A program made the translations under genes and the position numbers. A stretch of DNA of 64,000 nucleotides from a bacterium (GTDB lineage Bacteria; UBA10199; 2-02-FULL-44-16; JAAZCA01), in assembly GCA_963674695.2 (NCBI GenBank), contig CAXXGI010000001.1:320001-384000 (forward strand). The letters run 5' to 3'. A model generated the notes under the pieces. That model was not told the DNA's origin. It saw only the letters and a program-made list of their open reading frames with translations, and ran no database searches. Below, one piece after another: positions 37,826 to 47,642 of the stretch; within the stretch, counting starts at the first letter, position 1; the number at the start of each line of letters is the position of its first letter.

Positions 37826-39523
37826 ATGGCAGATATCCGACACATCGAGATCGAGGGCCATCGGTACCGGATCGATGAAAGCGATCCCTTCCTCCGCCGG
37901 ATCGTCAACCTGGTCGGCCCCCTCGACCGCGACGGCGATGGGCTCCTCACGGAGGAGGAGGTCCGAACCGGCCTGACCGCCGATCCCCGCGTGGAAACGG
38001 CCGTCGAGGCCGAGCTGGATCAGGCGCGCCGCGACCGCGACCGGCGGATGGACGACTCGAACCGACGCTTCGTCCCTGCCCCTGTTCGCGATACTGCGGA
38101 TGCGCTCGGGGCCCTCCTGGGCGACGCCGAACGCGCCCGCCGTCTGACGATCGCCGTTCCCGCCGGCAGCTTCGGCGCCTTCCCCGCGGAGCGCGTGAGG
38201 GAAATCCTCGCCGGACAACCGCCGCTCGCACTCCGCTCCCGCTCCCTCGGAGCGTACGCCGAAGAGGAAGACGGGATGCGACAGTTCTGCCAGGAGCACG
38301 ATTCCATCGAATGGTGCCACCTGCTCAACGATCGGTTCAGCACCATGTTCTCCTACCTGGAGGCCTACACCTCGCGGGAGATCTCTCCCCTGCTCGCCGA
38401 TCGCAATCCGTTCGACCTGTTCTCGGTGCCCGCAATGGTCATCCCCCTCGACGTCGGCAAAACGCCGCCGCTCCAGCGCGGGATGCCGCTGGCGACGATC
38501 GCCGAAGAGGGCGCGGCGGCCAGCAGGGCGCTCTATCTCTACGCCGACTCCGAAATGAAGATCGACGACATCGTGGGCTACATGAACACCATCCGCGCCG
38601 TGAGCATCACGATGCGGTTTGCCGCACCTGCGGCCTACGCCGAAAAATACGCGGACGCGTTCGACGAAGCCGCAGCGATCCTGTCCCGGTCGCATCCGAA
38701 CATCCATCCGAACAACCTGAAACTCATGCTGCTCTACCGCCTCTTTCGGGAATCGTTCGCGCTCGACGCCACCGACGTCTGGCAGGACATGGCGGCCTGC
38801 CGCTCGACGTCCTGCTCCACGCTCGAACGCTTTGAAGAAAAATTTCCGACTGTCGACGCGGGGTGGGCCGAATACACATGGCTGTCGGCGAGCCTTCTGA
38901 TCGGCAAGCAGCAGCAGGGGTTCGGGCCGATGCAGCTCATCCTGGGGCTGGCGCTGGAGGCCGCCTCGCACGAGGCCACCTGCGCCCGCTACCGCGGCGT
39001 GCTGACGGAGGAGGAACTCACCACCGAGGAGGGGGCGCTCCGGGCGCTGCTCGATCCCCGCAAGGCGGTCTTCTTCGCCGCCCTCATCTACGACTTCATC
39101 CTCACCCGCCTTCAGGAAACGACGTACCGCGATCCGCGCGTTATGGCGCCGAGCGATGCCTACCCCTTTCCCGTCTCGCCGAAAGCGGCACGCGAACTCG
39201 CCCTGATCGAATCGGCGCAGGTCCTCTCCGCGTTCCCCGAGGAAGCGCCGTATGCGAAGGAACGCATCATCTCCGGCGCATCGTCGTCCTACTGGGCCGA
39301 TTTCTTCTTCATCGGCGAGATCCTCGGCATCGAACCGGCCTTCCCCGAACTGCGGATGGTCACCGCACGCTACGACTTCCTCTCCCTGTTTCAGCCGGAG
39401 AGCGACCCGCGCCTTCGTACCATCCGCTCGCAGCCCAGGGTCGACATCCGCTTCCTCGCTCCGACCTCCAGAGCCGACGCGGACGCAGCAGCTTCGGCGC
39501 CTTCCCCTATCGCACGCCCATGA
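37826..39523 (+). CDS. Orphan with N-terminal EF-hand-like loop
   Basis: DRDGDGLLTEEE; GC3-rich codons; follows 36437 gene. Confidence 0.75.
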   Translation: MADIRHIEIEGHRYRIDESDPFLRRIVNLVGPLDRDGDGLLTEEEVRTGLTADPRVETAVEAELDQARRDRDRRMDDSNRRFVPAPVRDTADALGALLGDAERARRLTIAVPAGSFGAFPAERVREILAGQPPLALRSRSLGAYAEEEDGMRQFCQEHDSIEWCHLLNDRFSTMFSYLEAYTSREISPLLADRNPFDLFSVPAMVIPLDVGKTPPLQRGMPLATIAEEGAAASRALYLYADSEMKIDDIVGYMNTIRAVSITMRFAAPAAYAEKYADAFDEAAAILSRSHPNIHPNNLKLMLLYRLFRESFALDATDVWQDMAACRSTSCSTLERFEEKFPTVDAGWAEYTWLSASLLIGKQQQGFGPMQLILGLALEAASHEATCARYRGVLTEEELTTEEGALRALLDPRKAVFFAALIYDFILTRLQETTYRDPRVMAPSDAYPFPVSPKAARELALIESAQVLSAFPEEAPYAKERIISGASSSYWADFFFIGEILGIEPAFPELRMVTARYDFLSLFQPESDPRLRTIRSQPRVDIRFLAPTSRADADAAASAPSPIARP

Positions 39524-41033
39524 TGGGGCGCATCTGTGTATCGCATGCATCGCCGACGGTCACCGATTGCATGCGCTCGGGCGAATCGCAATCCGCACCC
39601 CGATCGCGAACGCGACAGCCGATCGCCAGCGGTCGCCCGGCACGTAGCCAACGCGGCGTCTTGCGATAGCGCTCGACGCGTTTGAAGTGACACCCGCGCG
39701 GGATCCCATAGGGCGGACAGGATGCGGGGCGACGGAGACTCACCTTGCGATCATCGATGACAAATCCCGGATAGCGATTCTCGATGGCCACGACATCGCG
39801 ATCCGGATCGTATTGCACGCGAAACTCCTCGAAGCGATAGCCGCCCGCAACCTTTTTTCCCACCTTGATGCGCGTATTGGCAATCAATGCGAAGTCCTTG
39901 CCACGGCGCGCCACCGCACCCGAGACATACTCGACGCGTTTGTACTGCGGAAAACACTTCCCCATGGCCGGGGCGTGATAATAGTGACGCAGGTTTTTGA
40001 GATGCGAAATCGGCGTTCCCGGAAAGATCTTCGCGAGCGCGCGATCGTCACCATAGAGGATCTGCTCGATGTCACCGACGCTCTGCTCATACATGCGGCG
40101 CACGCGAGGACTCTCGCGGCTGGAGCGATCGCTCATGAAGCAGGTGGCCAGCCCCGAGATCTGGGCGAGGAACTCATCCCAGATGTTGTACTGCGAGACC
40201 TTCGAGGAGACCCCCTGAAAGTCACCGGGGAAAGAACACCCCTGACCTAACGAGCAGGTCTCTCGCGCCCGATTGCGGATCGAGAGCGCGATGACGTTGC
40301 GCTCGCAAGCGCCGTAGGCGCTACAGCCGCGATCGAGGTGCCCTTCGAAGAGGGCGGTGCGCATCGTATAGTCGAGGTGTTTTGCGCGTTCGAGATCCTT
40401 CGCTTTCCAACGCCGTGCGTTTTCAGCGATGAATTTTCCCCAGGCGGCGTTCAAGGCATCGCGGCGGCCGATGAGGTTTCGGTTTGCCCTCTCACACGGC
40501 GTGGAATTGTGAAAGGCACGAACGATCGCGTCGAGCGCGCTTGACGCCTTGCCCTGCGCAAACGGCGATACCTCGGTCCCGGGCGGATCGAAGAAGGGGG
40601 GCTTTTCCAGGTCGTAGAGATCGCGCACGCTGATGACATGCTGCACACGGGCATCGCAGTGATGATTCGGAACCGTCATCGCCGCGAGTTTGGCGACGGT
40701 CTCCTCGAACACCGTGGTCGATGCGGGTGTGGCCGTTCGGGAATCGACCACGATCTCGAACCCGACAAGCGGGGTTCCGCTTGTATCGGTCAGCGGCACT
40801 CCATCGCGCATGACGAGACAGGGGATGAGGGAGCTGCCCTGCTTGAGTGTCCCAGCGGGCCGGCCCCTGCGACCCCGCAGGGCTTCATCGGCCGTGTAGT
40901 AGGGGATATCCGCGGCACCATTGAAGCGATAGAGCGTCATGACGGGGGTTGCCGGAATGCCCGAGGCAAAAGCAGATGGGGAAAGGGCCAAGGCCAATAG
41001 CGACAGGAAAATCGTAGCGAAGAAAGCGCGCAT
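39507..41033 (-). CDS. Secreted Cys-rich hypothetical protein
   Basis: Signal peptide MRAFFATIFLSLLALALSPSAFA; many Cys. Confidence 0.8.
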   Translation of the reverse strand: MRAFFATIFLSLLALALSPSAFASGIPATPVMTLYRFNGAADIPYYTADEALRGRRGRPAGTLKQGSSLIPCLVMRDGVPLTDTSGTPLVGFEIVVDSRTATPASTTVFEETVAKLAAMTVPNHHCDARVQHVISVRDLYDLEKPPFFDPPGTEVSPFAQGKASSALDAIVRAFHNSTPCERANRNLIGRRDALNAAWGKFIAENARRWKAKDLERAKHLDYTMRTALFEGHLDRGCSAYGACERNVIALSIRNRARETCSLGQGCSFPGDFQGVSSKVSQYNIWDEFLAQISGLATCFMSDRSSRESPRVRRMYEQSVGDIEQILYGDDRALAKIFPGTPISHLKNLRHYYHAPAMGKCFPQYKRVEYVSGAVARRGKDFALIANTRIKVGKKVAGGYRFEEFRVQYDPDRDVVAIENRYPGFVIDDRKVSLRRPASCPPYGIPRGCHFKRVERYRKTPRWLRAGRPLAIGCRVRDRGADCDSPERMQSVTVGDACDTQMRPIMGVR

Positions 41034-41108
41034 AACATGTGCACGGTATCGCGTTCGCATGGAAAATACCACCGCCAACGGACATTTTTATTCTGTGTTT
41101 AAAACCAC

Positions 41109-41135
41109 ACAACTTATTCGCGCTGCGACCGATGA
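41109..41135 (+). promoter_or_regulatory. Recurrent sigma28-like motif, copy 5
   Basis: ACAACTT-N13-CCGATGA, 25 nt before ATG 41161. Confidence 0.55.
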
Positions 41136-41160
41136 AATCGAGGGGCATCGGGGAAAGAGA

Positions 41161-43407
41161 ATGACGACCAGGATTCATGACAGCCGCGAACAGGTAACAT
41201 CGCTGACGCAGCGGGCTCTGCCCAATGCTGAACGCGAGCAGGCACTGGCCATGGAGCCGATGAGGCAGGGGCCGTACATCGACCTCCGATCGATCGAACG
41301 GGGAATCGCGAAGAACAAACACCTCCTCGGGCATTATGCACTCAAACACGGGCTCGTTCGCGGCGTCCTCAAGGAGTTCAAAAACAAGGGACATCTCTGG
41401 CAGATCGCGGATGTCGCCCGCGCGCTGGGCATCCACCCCTCCATCCTCTTCTGGCTCACCAAAGGGGAGGAGATATCATCATCCTTTCAGACAAAACCGC
41501 TCCTCCTACGCGATTGGGGGCATCCGCCTCGAACGGTCCCGATCGGCGCCGTCGAAATTCCCCCGGCTTTTTCGAACCTCTTCGTTCAGATCGATGAAGC
41601 ACTGCTCAAGGTTCACCATCAACCGCTGATCCGAAAAACGGATGATAAAATACGGCACGGATGGTTCTATACCTATGCCTTCTTCCGACGCGAAAACCCA
41701 CCCCTCATGGGTGCATTCGATGAACGGCGTTTCAAGAAAAAGATCCTGCGCCCCATCGCCGAAACGCTTGGGCCGGATGATCTGAATCTCATCCCGAACG
41801 CCAGCGTCGATGCCATCGTGCAGGGGCTCAAGATCTTCTGCGGCTATTATTTCGATGCGCGTTATGGTTTTCTCTATGACCGCAATCGCAACCTCGTGAT
41901 CGGACCGAACGACCTTGGGCTTACGCTCCTCTTCGATCAGGACGGCATTCCGCAGCCCTATCGCTCGATCGCGCACTATACCGACGATGCCTCACTCGAA
42001 CCGATCGGCGTTCCTCAAAAGACGGGGCTCGTCCCGTTCCTGGATCAGTTCACCGAACGCTATGGCTTTCCGGGAGAGAAACGGATGGATTTCTTCGAGC
42101 GCCATGGCGCCAGCAAACGAACAACCAAAAATGCCTTTAGCGAACTCAATTCCAATTTCGGTGCACTGAACGCGCTCGTCCATTCAGTTGGTGGAAACCC
42201 GACCCCCTTCTATTGGGCGCGCTATGGGCGCCAGGTGCGCGATGTGCTTGGACCCGATGCCATCACGATGGTCATGACGAGCGATCACGCCAAACGAAGA
42301 ACCCACAGCAACAGAAGCCCGAGCGGTGTCATCTCGATGCCACGCGGTTTCTGTGACCCGACGAGCGAAATCTTTCACATGCTGCGAACAGCCTGGGATA
42401 ATAAACGCATCTTTCGCATGCGCGATTCAAGGGCGTATCGTGCCGTTGGAAGATGGAAGGACAATCCCCTGAGCTATCATCCCCAAGAGCATACAACCTA
42501 CGATAAGGTATCGCGTTTTCTCTTCGACGAATTTCGACTGGAGGGGGTAACGAGCCTCAAGGATGTGGAACGGGCCCTTCGCATCGCGTGGAACTGGAAT
42601 CGTATCCGCGACTACCTCCCCGTCTTCTCCGCGCAGCGGGCGCAAGCCTTCGGGGCAAGCGGCCTCGGCGACCTCTGGTTCGAGGGGGAAGGCATTCCGG
42701 TCAACACGTCGATTGTCTTCGACGATCATTTGGAACAGACCAACCTCGAACGCAGCTGGCGCTTTTCCACGCAGCACCAATTGCTGCTCGAACGGGATTT
42801 CCGCACCCGGCTCTGCTCTCTTCGGGAAAACCGTTTGACCTCCTATCCGGTCCGCGCCGTAGAGATGCCCGGCGGAATGAAGGGCGTGAGAAAACTCTTC
42901 AACCTCCTCAACGGTCTCACGCGCCGAGCCAAACCGGTGCGCGCCCTCCTGGAAGGGAGGGGAAATGAGCTCTCCGAGTGGAAGCTCCTCGAAACGACCG
43001 CCCTCCTCACCAAGCACCCACTCCGAACGCAGGGTCCGCGCAAACAGCTCCCGCGACAGCTCTGGATGGGCCCGCTGCTGCTCATGGCGAACCATGACAG
43101 CATCCTCGATCATACGCCGATCTACGATCCGTCCGCCAACACCTATGAGATCCCCCCCGCGCTCGAAGGACGCTTCAAACCCATCGAGAGCTTGCACGAC
43201 AGCGGTCGTGCCCAGAATCCACAGATCGTCGTCAACGACATCGACCAACAGCAGTGGATGGATCTCAGCGAAACAGCGATAGCAACAGAGGAGATGATCA
43301 TTCCGGAGGGCGCGCTCTTGCCCACCGATGACGTTTGGCTTTGGATGGAGGACCCCACCTTCGCCCCGCTCTATGAGATCCTCAACCTTCCGATGCGCCT
43401 GCGATAA
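41161..43407 (+). CDS. Large basic orphan with HTH-like segments and acidic tail
   Basis: IADVARALGIHPSILFWL HTH-like; ends ...YEILNLPMRLR; start moved to avoid overlap with the divergent gene. Confidence 0.72.
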   Translation: MTTRIHDSREQVTSLTQRALPNAEREQALAMEPMRQGPYIDLRSIERGIAKNKHLLGHYALKHGLVRGVLKEFKNKGHLWQIADVARALGIHPSILFWLTKGEEISSSFQTKPLLLRDWGHPPRTVPIGAVEIPPAFSNLFVQIDEALLKVHHQPLIRKTDDKIRHGWFYTYAFFRRENPPLMGAFDERRFKKKILRPIAETLGPDDLNLIPNASVDAIVQGLKIFCGYYFDARYGFLYDRNRNLVIGPNDLGLTLLFDQDGIPQPYRSIAHYTDDASLEPIGVPQKTGLVPFLDQFTERYGFPGEKRMDFFERHGASKRTTKNAFSELNSNFGALNALVHSVGGNPTPFYWARYGRQVRDVLGPDAITMVMTSDHAKRRTHSNRSPSGVISMPRGFCDPTSEIFHMLRTAWDNKRIFRMRDSRAYRAVGRWKDNPLSYHPQEHTTYDKVSRFLFDEFRLEGVTSLKDVERALRIAWNWNRIRDYLPVFSAQRAQAFGASGLGDLWFEGEGIPVNTSIVFDDHLEQTNLERSWRFSTQHQLLLERDFRTRLCSLRENRLTSYPVRAVEMPGGMKGVRKLFNLLNGLTRRAKPVRALLEGRGNELSEWKLLETTALLTKHPLRTQGPRKQLPRQLWMGPLLLMANHDSILDHTPIYDPSANTYEIPPALEGRFKPIESLHDSGRAQNPQIVVNDIDQQQWMDLSETAIATEEMIIPEGALLPTDDVWLWMEDPTFAPLYEILNLPMRLR

Positions 43408-43440
43408 AAAAAAGGACGCCGAAGGGGCGTCCTTTTTTTT
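43406..43440. terminator. Bidirectional intrinsic terminator
   Basis: A-run GGACGCC-gaagg-GGCGTCC T-run between convergent genes. Confidence 0.9.
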
Positions 43441-43457
43441 ACTCACAGAGAATATGA

Positions 43458-44987
43458 TTACCCGCTGCGACCGGAATCGCGCGTGGCCTGACGCAGCCAG
43501 GGGTGTTCGAGCAGGGCATCGAGCTGATTCGGCGTCATGCGCCAACGCCAGTTGCCGTGCACCGTCGAGGGGTGGTTGATCGCCGCCTCGGCGCCGAGGT
43601 TCAGCACGTCCTGCACCGGCGCGATCGCCATGAACGCAGGAGAGTTCAAGCCCATCTCCACCATGCGCCGCGCCACATTCTGCTCCGTCGTGCGGGAATC
43701 GTAATGCTGATCGAAGCTCACGCGCGTTTCGCGATCGATGGAGCCAAACCAGGCACGCGTCGGGACGTTGTCATGCGTACCCGTATAGACGACTGCTTTT
43801 GCGCTCAGGTTTTCCAGGGCATGCGGATTATCTGCGCCGCCCCCGAAGCCATACTGCAACACCCGCATGCCGGGGATGCCGAAACGCTCCATGATCGGCG
43901 CCAAGCTCTGCATCTCATTTCCCAGGTCCTCAGCGATGAGCGAGAGATCCGGAAAGGTCGCAAACGCCGATTTTAGGAATCGATCGGCAGGCGCATCGAC
44001 CCACTTTCCGTTCTCCGCCGTCGCATCCGATCCCGGCACATCCCAAAAACGGACGAGCCCCTGAAAGTGATCGAGGCGCACGTGATCGAAGAGCTCGCGG
44101 TTGCGGCCGAGTCGATTCAACCACCAGGAGAACCTATCCTTTTCATGCTGATCCCACCGATAGGTCGGGTGGCCCCAACGCTGGCCGGTCTTGCTGAAGG
44201 CGTCCGGCGGCGTTCCGGAAACGGTGTAGACCCACCCCTCGTCGCTCATATGAAAGAGGGAGCGGGATGCCCAGGCATCGGCGCTGTTGCCCTGAACGTA
44301 GAGCGGCACATCGCCGAAGAGGCGAACGCGGTTCCCGGCGCAATGCTCGCGCAGGCGAGCCCACTGATCGGAAAAGACAAACTGCAACATCCGCTCGCGC
44401 GCAATCTCCTTCGACAGCTTCCGTGACCATTTCTCGATCACACTCGAATCGCGGCGAACGAGCCCTTTGGGCCACTCCTGCCATGCGCGGTTCTTGAAAT
44501 GGCGTCGAAAGACCGCGAAGCGGGCATAATCTTCCAGCCATACCTGATTGCCTTGGCAGAAATCCTCAAAACGGGGATCGCCCTTCAACCCCTTGGTCTC
44601 CTTGAGGAGGCGATCGAAGAGACGCACGCGCGACTTGGCGACAAGATCGTAGTCGATCGTCCCCTGTGCAAACGCCGGCATCTTCTTGAGCACTTTGGGG
44701 GAAAGATACCCATCCTTCACGAGCAGCTCGGGACTGATCAGAGAGGTCTCGCCGGCAAAGGCCGACATCGCGCTGTAGGGACAGTTCCCGGTTCCCGCAT
44801 CGGTCGGGTTGACGGGAAGGACCTGCCAGACCTGCTGATCGTTTTCCGCGAGCGCATCGGCAAAGTCGTAGGCCGCTGGACCCAAATCACCGATTCCAAA
44901 ATCGGATGGGAGGGATGTGACCGGCATGAGCACACCGGACGAAGGCTGAATTCCAGGAGCCGCAATCGGCAAGGCAGCAGACATCAT
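43458..44987 (-). CDS. malQ: 4-alpha-glucanotransferase (GH77)
   Basis: SGVLMPVTSLP..GIGDLG, WQVLP, PPDAFS.TGQRWG.P, RLDHF, AEDLG, YTGTHDN, NWRWRM. Confidence 0.97.
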   Translation of the reverse strand: MMSAALPIAAPGIQPSSGVLMPVTSLPSDFGIGDLGPAAYDFADALAENDQQVWQVLPVNPTDAGTGNCPYSAMSAFAGETSLISPELLVKDGYLSPKVLKKMPAFAQGTIDYDLVAKSRVRLFDRLLKETKGLKGDPRFEDFCQGNQVWLEDYARFAVFRRHFKNRAWQEWPKGLVRRDSSVIEKWSRKLSKEIARERMLQFVFSDQWARLREHCAGNRVRLFGDVPLYVQGNSADAWASRSLFHMSDEGWVYTVSGTPPDAFSKTGQRWGHPTYRWDQHEKDRFSWWLNRLGRNRELFDHVRLDHFQGLVRFWDVPGSDATAENGKWVDAPADRFLKSAFATFPDLSLIAEDLGNEMQSLAPIMERFGIPGMRVLQYGFGGGADNPHALENLSAKAVVYTGTHDNVPTRAWFGSIDRETRVSFDQHYDSRTTEQNVARRMVEMGLNSPAFMAIAPVQDVLNLGAEAAINHPSTVHGNWRWRMTPNQLDALLEHPWLRQATRDSGRSG

Positions 44988-45038
44988 TCCTCCTCGACGG
45001 CCGAAGCGATCTCGGCCCTATCATATAAAGTCATCTCC

Positions 45039-45065
45039 TTATCGCGCGGGATGAAGGAAAGTTGC
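45039..45065 (-). promoter_or_regulatory. Recurrent sigma28-like motif, copy 6
   Basis: Minus strand GCAACTT-N13-GCGATAA upstream of malQ. Confidence 0.7.
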
Positions 45066-45319
45066 GCGGTTTTTCCCAAAAAAAGGCAATTATTACAACG
45101 TTGTTTTGGCTGATCGCCCCCTCATCGGCTCAAAACTGATCTTTTTGTCATATTTTTCTTGTCTCTCCCCCCCTGCCTGGCTATAAGGGGCAAAGATGTG
45201 AAGAAGATCGATCGATGGGTGTGGAAGATGGCGCAATGGTTGCGCTTGAGAACAGCCCGAGAAAACGGGCTGTTTTTTATTGAGCACCCATCGGCGATCA
45301 AACGAAAGGATTGGATTTT

Positions 45320-45535
45320 ATGTCGAACGCAAGAAAAAAGGGTCAGGTAAAGTGGTTTAACGACGGCAAGGGCTTCGGCTTCATCGCTCCGGAAGATGGC
45401 GGTGAGGACGTGTTCGTGCACTTCCAGGCCATCCAGGGCGAAGGCTTCAAGACGCTCCAGGAAGGTCAGACGGTCGAGTTCGAGGTGGTGCAGGGCCCGA
45501 AGGGTCTGCAGGCTGCCAACGTCACAAAAGCATAA
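45320..45535 (+). CDS. cspA: Cold-shock protein
   Basis: [31 protein letters not shown]. Confidence 0.97.
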   Translation: MSNARKKGQVKWFNDGKGFGFIAPEDGGEDVFVHFQAIQGEGFKTLQEGQTVEFEVVQGPKGLQAANVTKA

Positions 45536-45561
45536 AAAAATGATGTTCAGCGTGACTGTAC

Positions 45562-45592
45562 AAACCCCCGGCCTCACGGTCGGGGGTTTTTC
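45562..45592 (+). terminator. Intrinsic terminator after csp
   Basis: AAACCCCCGGCC-tcac-GGTCGGGGGTTTTT. Confidence 0.85.
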
Positions 45593-45654
45593 TTTTCCAT
45601 TGTACTTCCCCTTCAGCTTTCCTATGAAGCCATCACACGAAAGGAATCAAGCCG

Positions 45655-46296
45655 ATGGAAAAGACAACGCGTCATCCCGGTGGGCTCGCCCGCGCTATCC
45701 TGCGACGTTGCCTCGGCCCCCTCATCAGCGTCATCCTGTTGGCCGCCTTCTACAGCGCCTATCTCACCCGCGTGCGCCACTCATTTGCGATCAACTGGAA
45801 CGCGATCGCCGACAAGGCCTTCTTCGTCGTCGCCATCATCGTGCTCGCCTACTGGGCGCGAACCATCGTGATTGCCCTCTTCAACTGGTACGCAACCCGG
45901 TTTGCCGGACGAACGCGCTCGGATCTTGATGATGCTTTCCTGCCGCTGTTTCGACGCATCGCGAGTATCCTCATCTGGCTCATCGCCCTGATCGCCGTCC
46001 TGAGCTACCTCGGCATCAACATTAACGCGCTCATCGCCACGCTGGGCGTTGGCTCCTTGGCCATCGCGCTGGCCGCGCAGGATACTATTGCCAATATCAT
46101 CTCGGGATTTCTCATCATGATCGATCGGCCCTTTCGCGTGGGCGACGAGGTCAAGCTGGCCACGGGTGAACAGGCGATCGTCACCAGCATCGGCATCCGG
46201 CGTTCGGTCTTTCGCGGATCGGATGGATCGACCCTCTTTGTCCCCAACATCGATCTCGCTAAGAGCCGCATCGTCAATCTCTCGATGAAGGGGTAG
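45655..46296 (+). CDS. Small-conductance mechanosensitive channel family protein (short)
   Basis: LGVGSLAIALAAQDTIANIISG..I..DRPFRVGD, VPN; lacks C-terminal cytoplasmic alpha/beta domain. Confidence 0.9.
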   Translation: MEKTTRHPGGLARAILRRCLGPLISVILLAAFYSAYLTRVRHSFAINWNAIADKAFFVVAIIVLAYWARTIVIALFNWYATRFAGRTRSDLDDAFLPLFRRIASILIWLIALIAVLSYLGININALIATLGVGSLAIALAAQDTIANIISGFLIMIDRPFRVGDEVKLATGEQAIVTSIGIRRSVFRGSDGSTLFVPNIDLAKSRIVNLSMKG

Positions 46297-46315
46297 GCAT
46301 CTGCAAGGAACCCTT

Positions 46316-47563
46316 ATGAAAAAACGTTCTCCCATCATCACCGTGGCGCTACTTATCGCCGGCAATCTCGTCGGCGCGGGGATATTGGCCCTCCCCATCA
46401 ACACGGGACCCGCGGGCTTCATCCCCGCCATGGTCAGCATGGTCCTGGTGGGCAGTGCGATGTATGTCACCGCGCTCATCCTCTCGCATGAGGCGATCCG
46501 CACACAGGAATCGACGTTCAACTATCCGAGCCTCTACCACAATTACCTTGGCGCCTTCGGCAAATGGATCGGCATCGCCGCGAACCTCCTCATCCTCTAT
46601 GGGTTGCTCGTCGCGTATCTGTCCGGCGCCTCCACGATCATCGCGCACCTCATCCCCTATGACATTCCGCGGCCGCTCATCACGATCGGCTTCTTCCTCG
46701 TCATCACCGGGCTCAACCTGACCGAGATGGAATACATCCGGCGTCACAATGCGTTGCTCATGGTGTTTTTGTGGGCCTCGTTTGCCCTCATCGTCTTCCT
46801 GGGCGAGCAACACGTGGAACCGGTCCGACTCCTGCGCATGAACTGGACCTGGATCCCGATGACCGTGCCCATCGTCATCACCGCATTTCATTTCCACAAC
46901 ATCATCCCGCACGTCTGCGAGAGCCTGCATTGGAACCGCCGAACCATCGCGCTCACTATGGCATTCGGCATGATCGTCGGGTTCATCATGAATGCCATCT
47001 GGATTCAGGTCGGCATCGGCGTGCTCCCGCTGACAGGAGAGACAGCGAGCATTCTGGGCTCCCTCACGAGCAACCTGCCGGCGACGATCCCCATGGCCCG
47101 CATCATACAATCACCGCTGTTCACGACGGGGGCACTGCTCTTCGCGCTTCTGGCGATCGCCACCTCTTACCTCGCCAACGGCACGGGGCTTCTCGGCTTC
47201 ATCGAGGATCTCACCAAGAACCATCTCAAGCGGCACACCAAATCGCTGGAAATCCTGCTCACCTTCGGGCCGCCACTGGCCATCACGCTGCTCTATCCAG
47301 ACGCCTTTCTCAAAGCGCTCAACATCGTCGGCGGCGTGGGCATCGTGCTCCTCTTCGGCCTGTTGCCGGGTGTCATCGCGCTGAAATGGGCGCGCGGCTT
47401 TTTCGGCCACGCCATCGGGGTGGTCCTGCTGCTCCTCTTCGGCTCCTTCCTCATCGTCGAGATCGCCCAGGAGGCGGGGTTCCTCACAATCGACCCGCAG
47501 ATAGAGCACTGGAACACGATCTATCTGCAGTTCAAGGCCAACGTTCGGGGACTTCTTCCCTAG
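46316..47563 (+). CDS. Aromatic amino acid permease (TyrP/Mtr, HAAAP family)
   Basis: LLIAGNLVGAGILALP, FHFHNIIP, AIATSYL; ~11 TM. Confidence 0.92.
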   Translation: MKKRSPIITVALLIAGNLVGAGILALPINTGPAGFIPAMVSMVLVGSAMYVTALILSHEAIRTQESTFNYPSLYHNYLGAFGKWIGIAANLLILYGLLVAYLSGASTIIAHLIPYDIPRPLITIGFFLVITGLNLTEMEYIRRHNALLMVFLWASFALIVFLGEQHVEPVRLLRMNWTWIPMTVPIVITAFHFHNIIPHVCESLHWNRRTIALTMAFGMIVGFIMNAIWIQVGIGVLPLTGETASILGSLTSNLPATIPMARIIQSPLFTTGALLFALLAIATSYLANGTGLLGFIEDLTKNHLKRHTKSLEILLTFGPPLAITLLYPDAFLKALNIVGGVGIVLLFGLLPGVIALKWARGFFGHAIGVVLLLLFGSFLIVEIAQEAGFLTIDPQIEHWNTIYLQFKANVRGLLP

Positions 47564-47642
47564 GACCCTGAAAACCTCTCTTCTCGAGGCGGCCAAACGC
47601 CACCTTGCAATCGGAGAGACGTGCGCTACAATCCCGCCAATC

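Noticed and set aside
36281-39550. Long antisense ORFs (509 aa, 576 aa); likewise 3016-4362, 9800-11083, 11450-13063, 61027-62349
   Set aside because: Shadow ORFs opposite GC3-rich genes; no RBS or motifs.
41046-41072. Eighth copy of the sigma28-like motif before the 41033 gene
   Set aside because: GCGATAC box present but no CAACTT at the 13-nt spacing.
45100-45320. Riboswitch upstream of csp
   Set aside because: Only small hairpins; no recognisable aptamer consensus.
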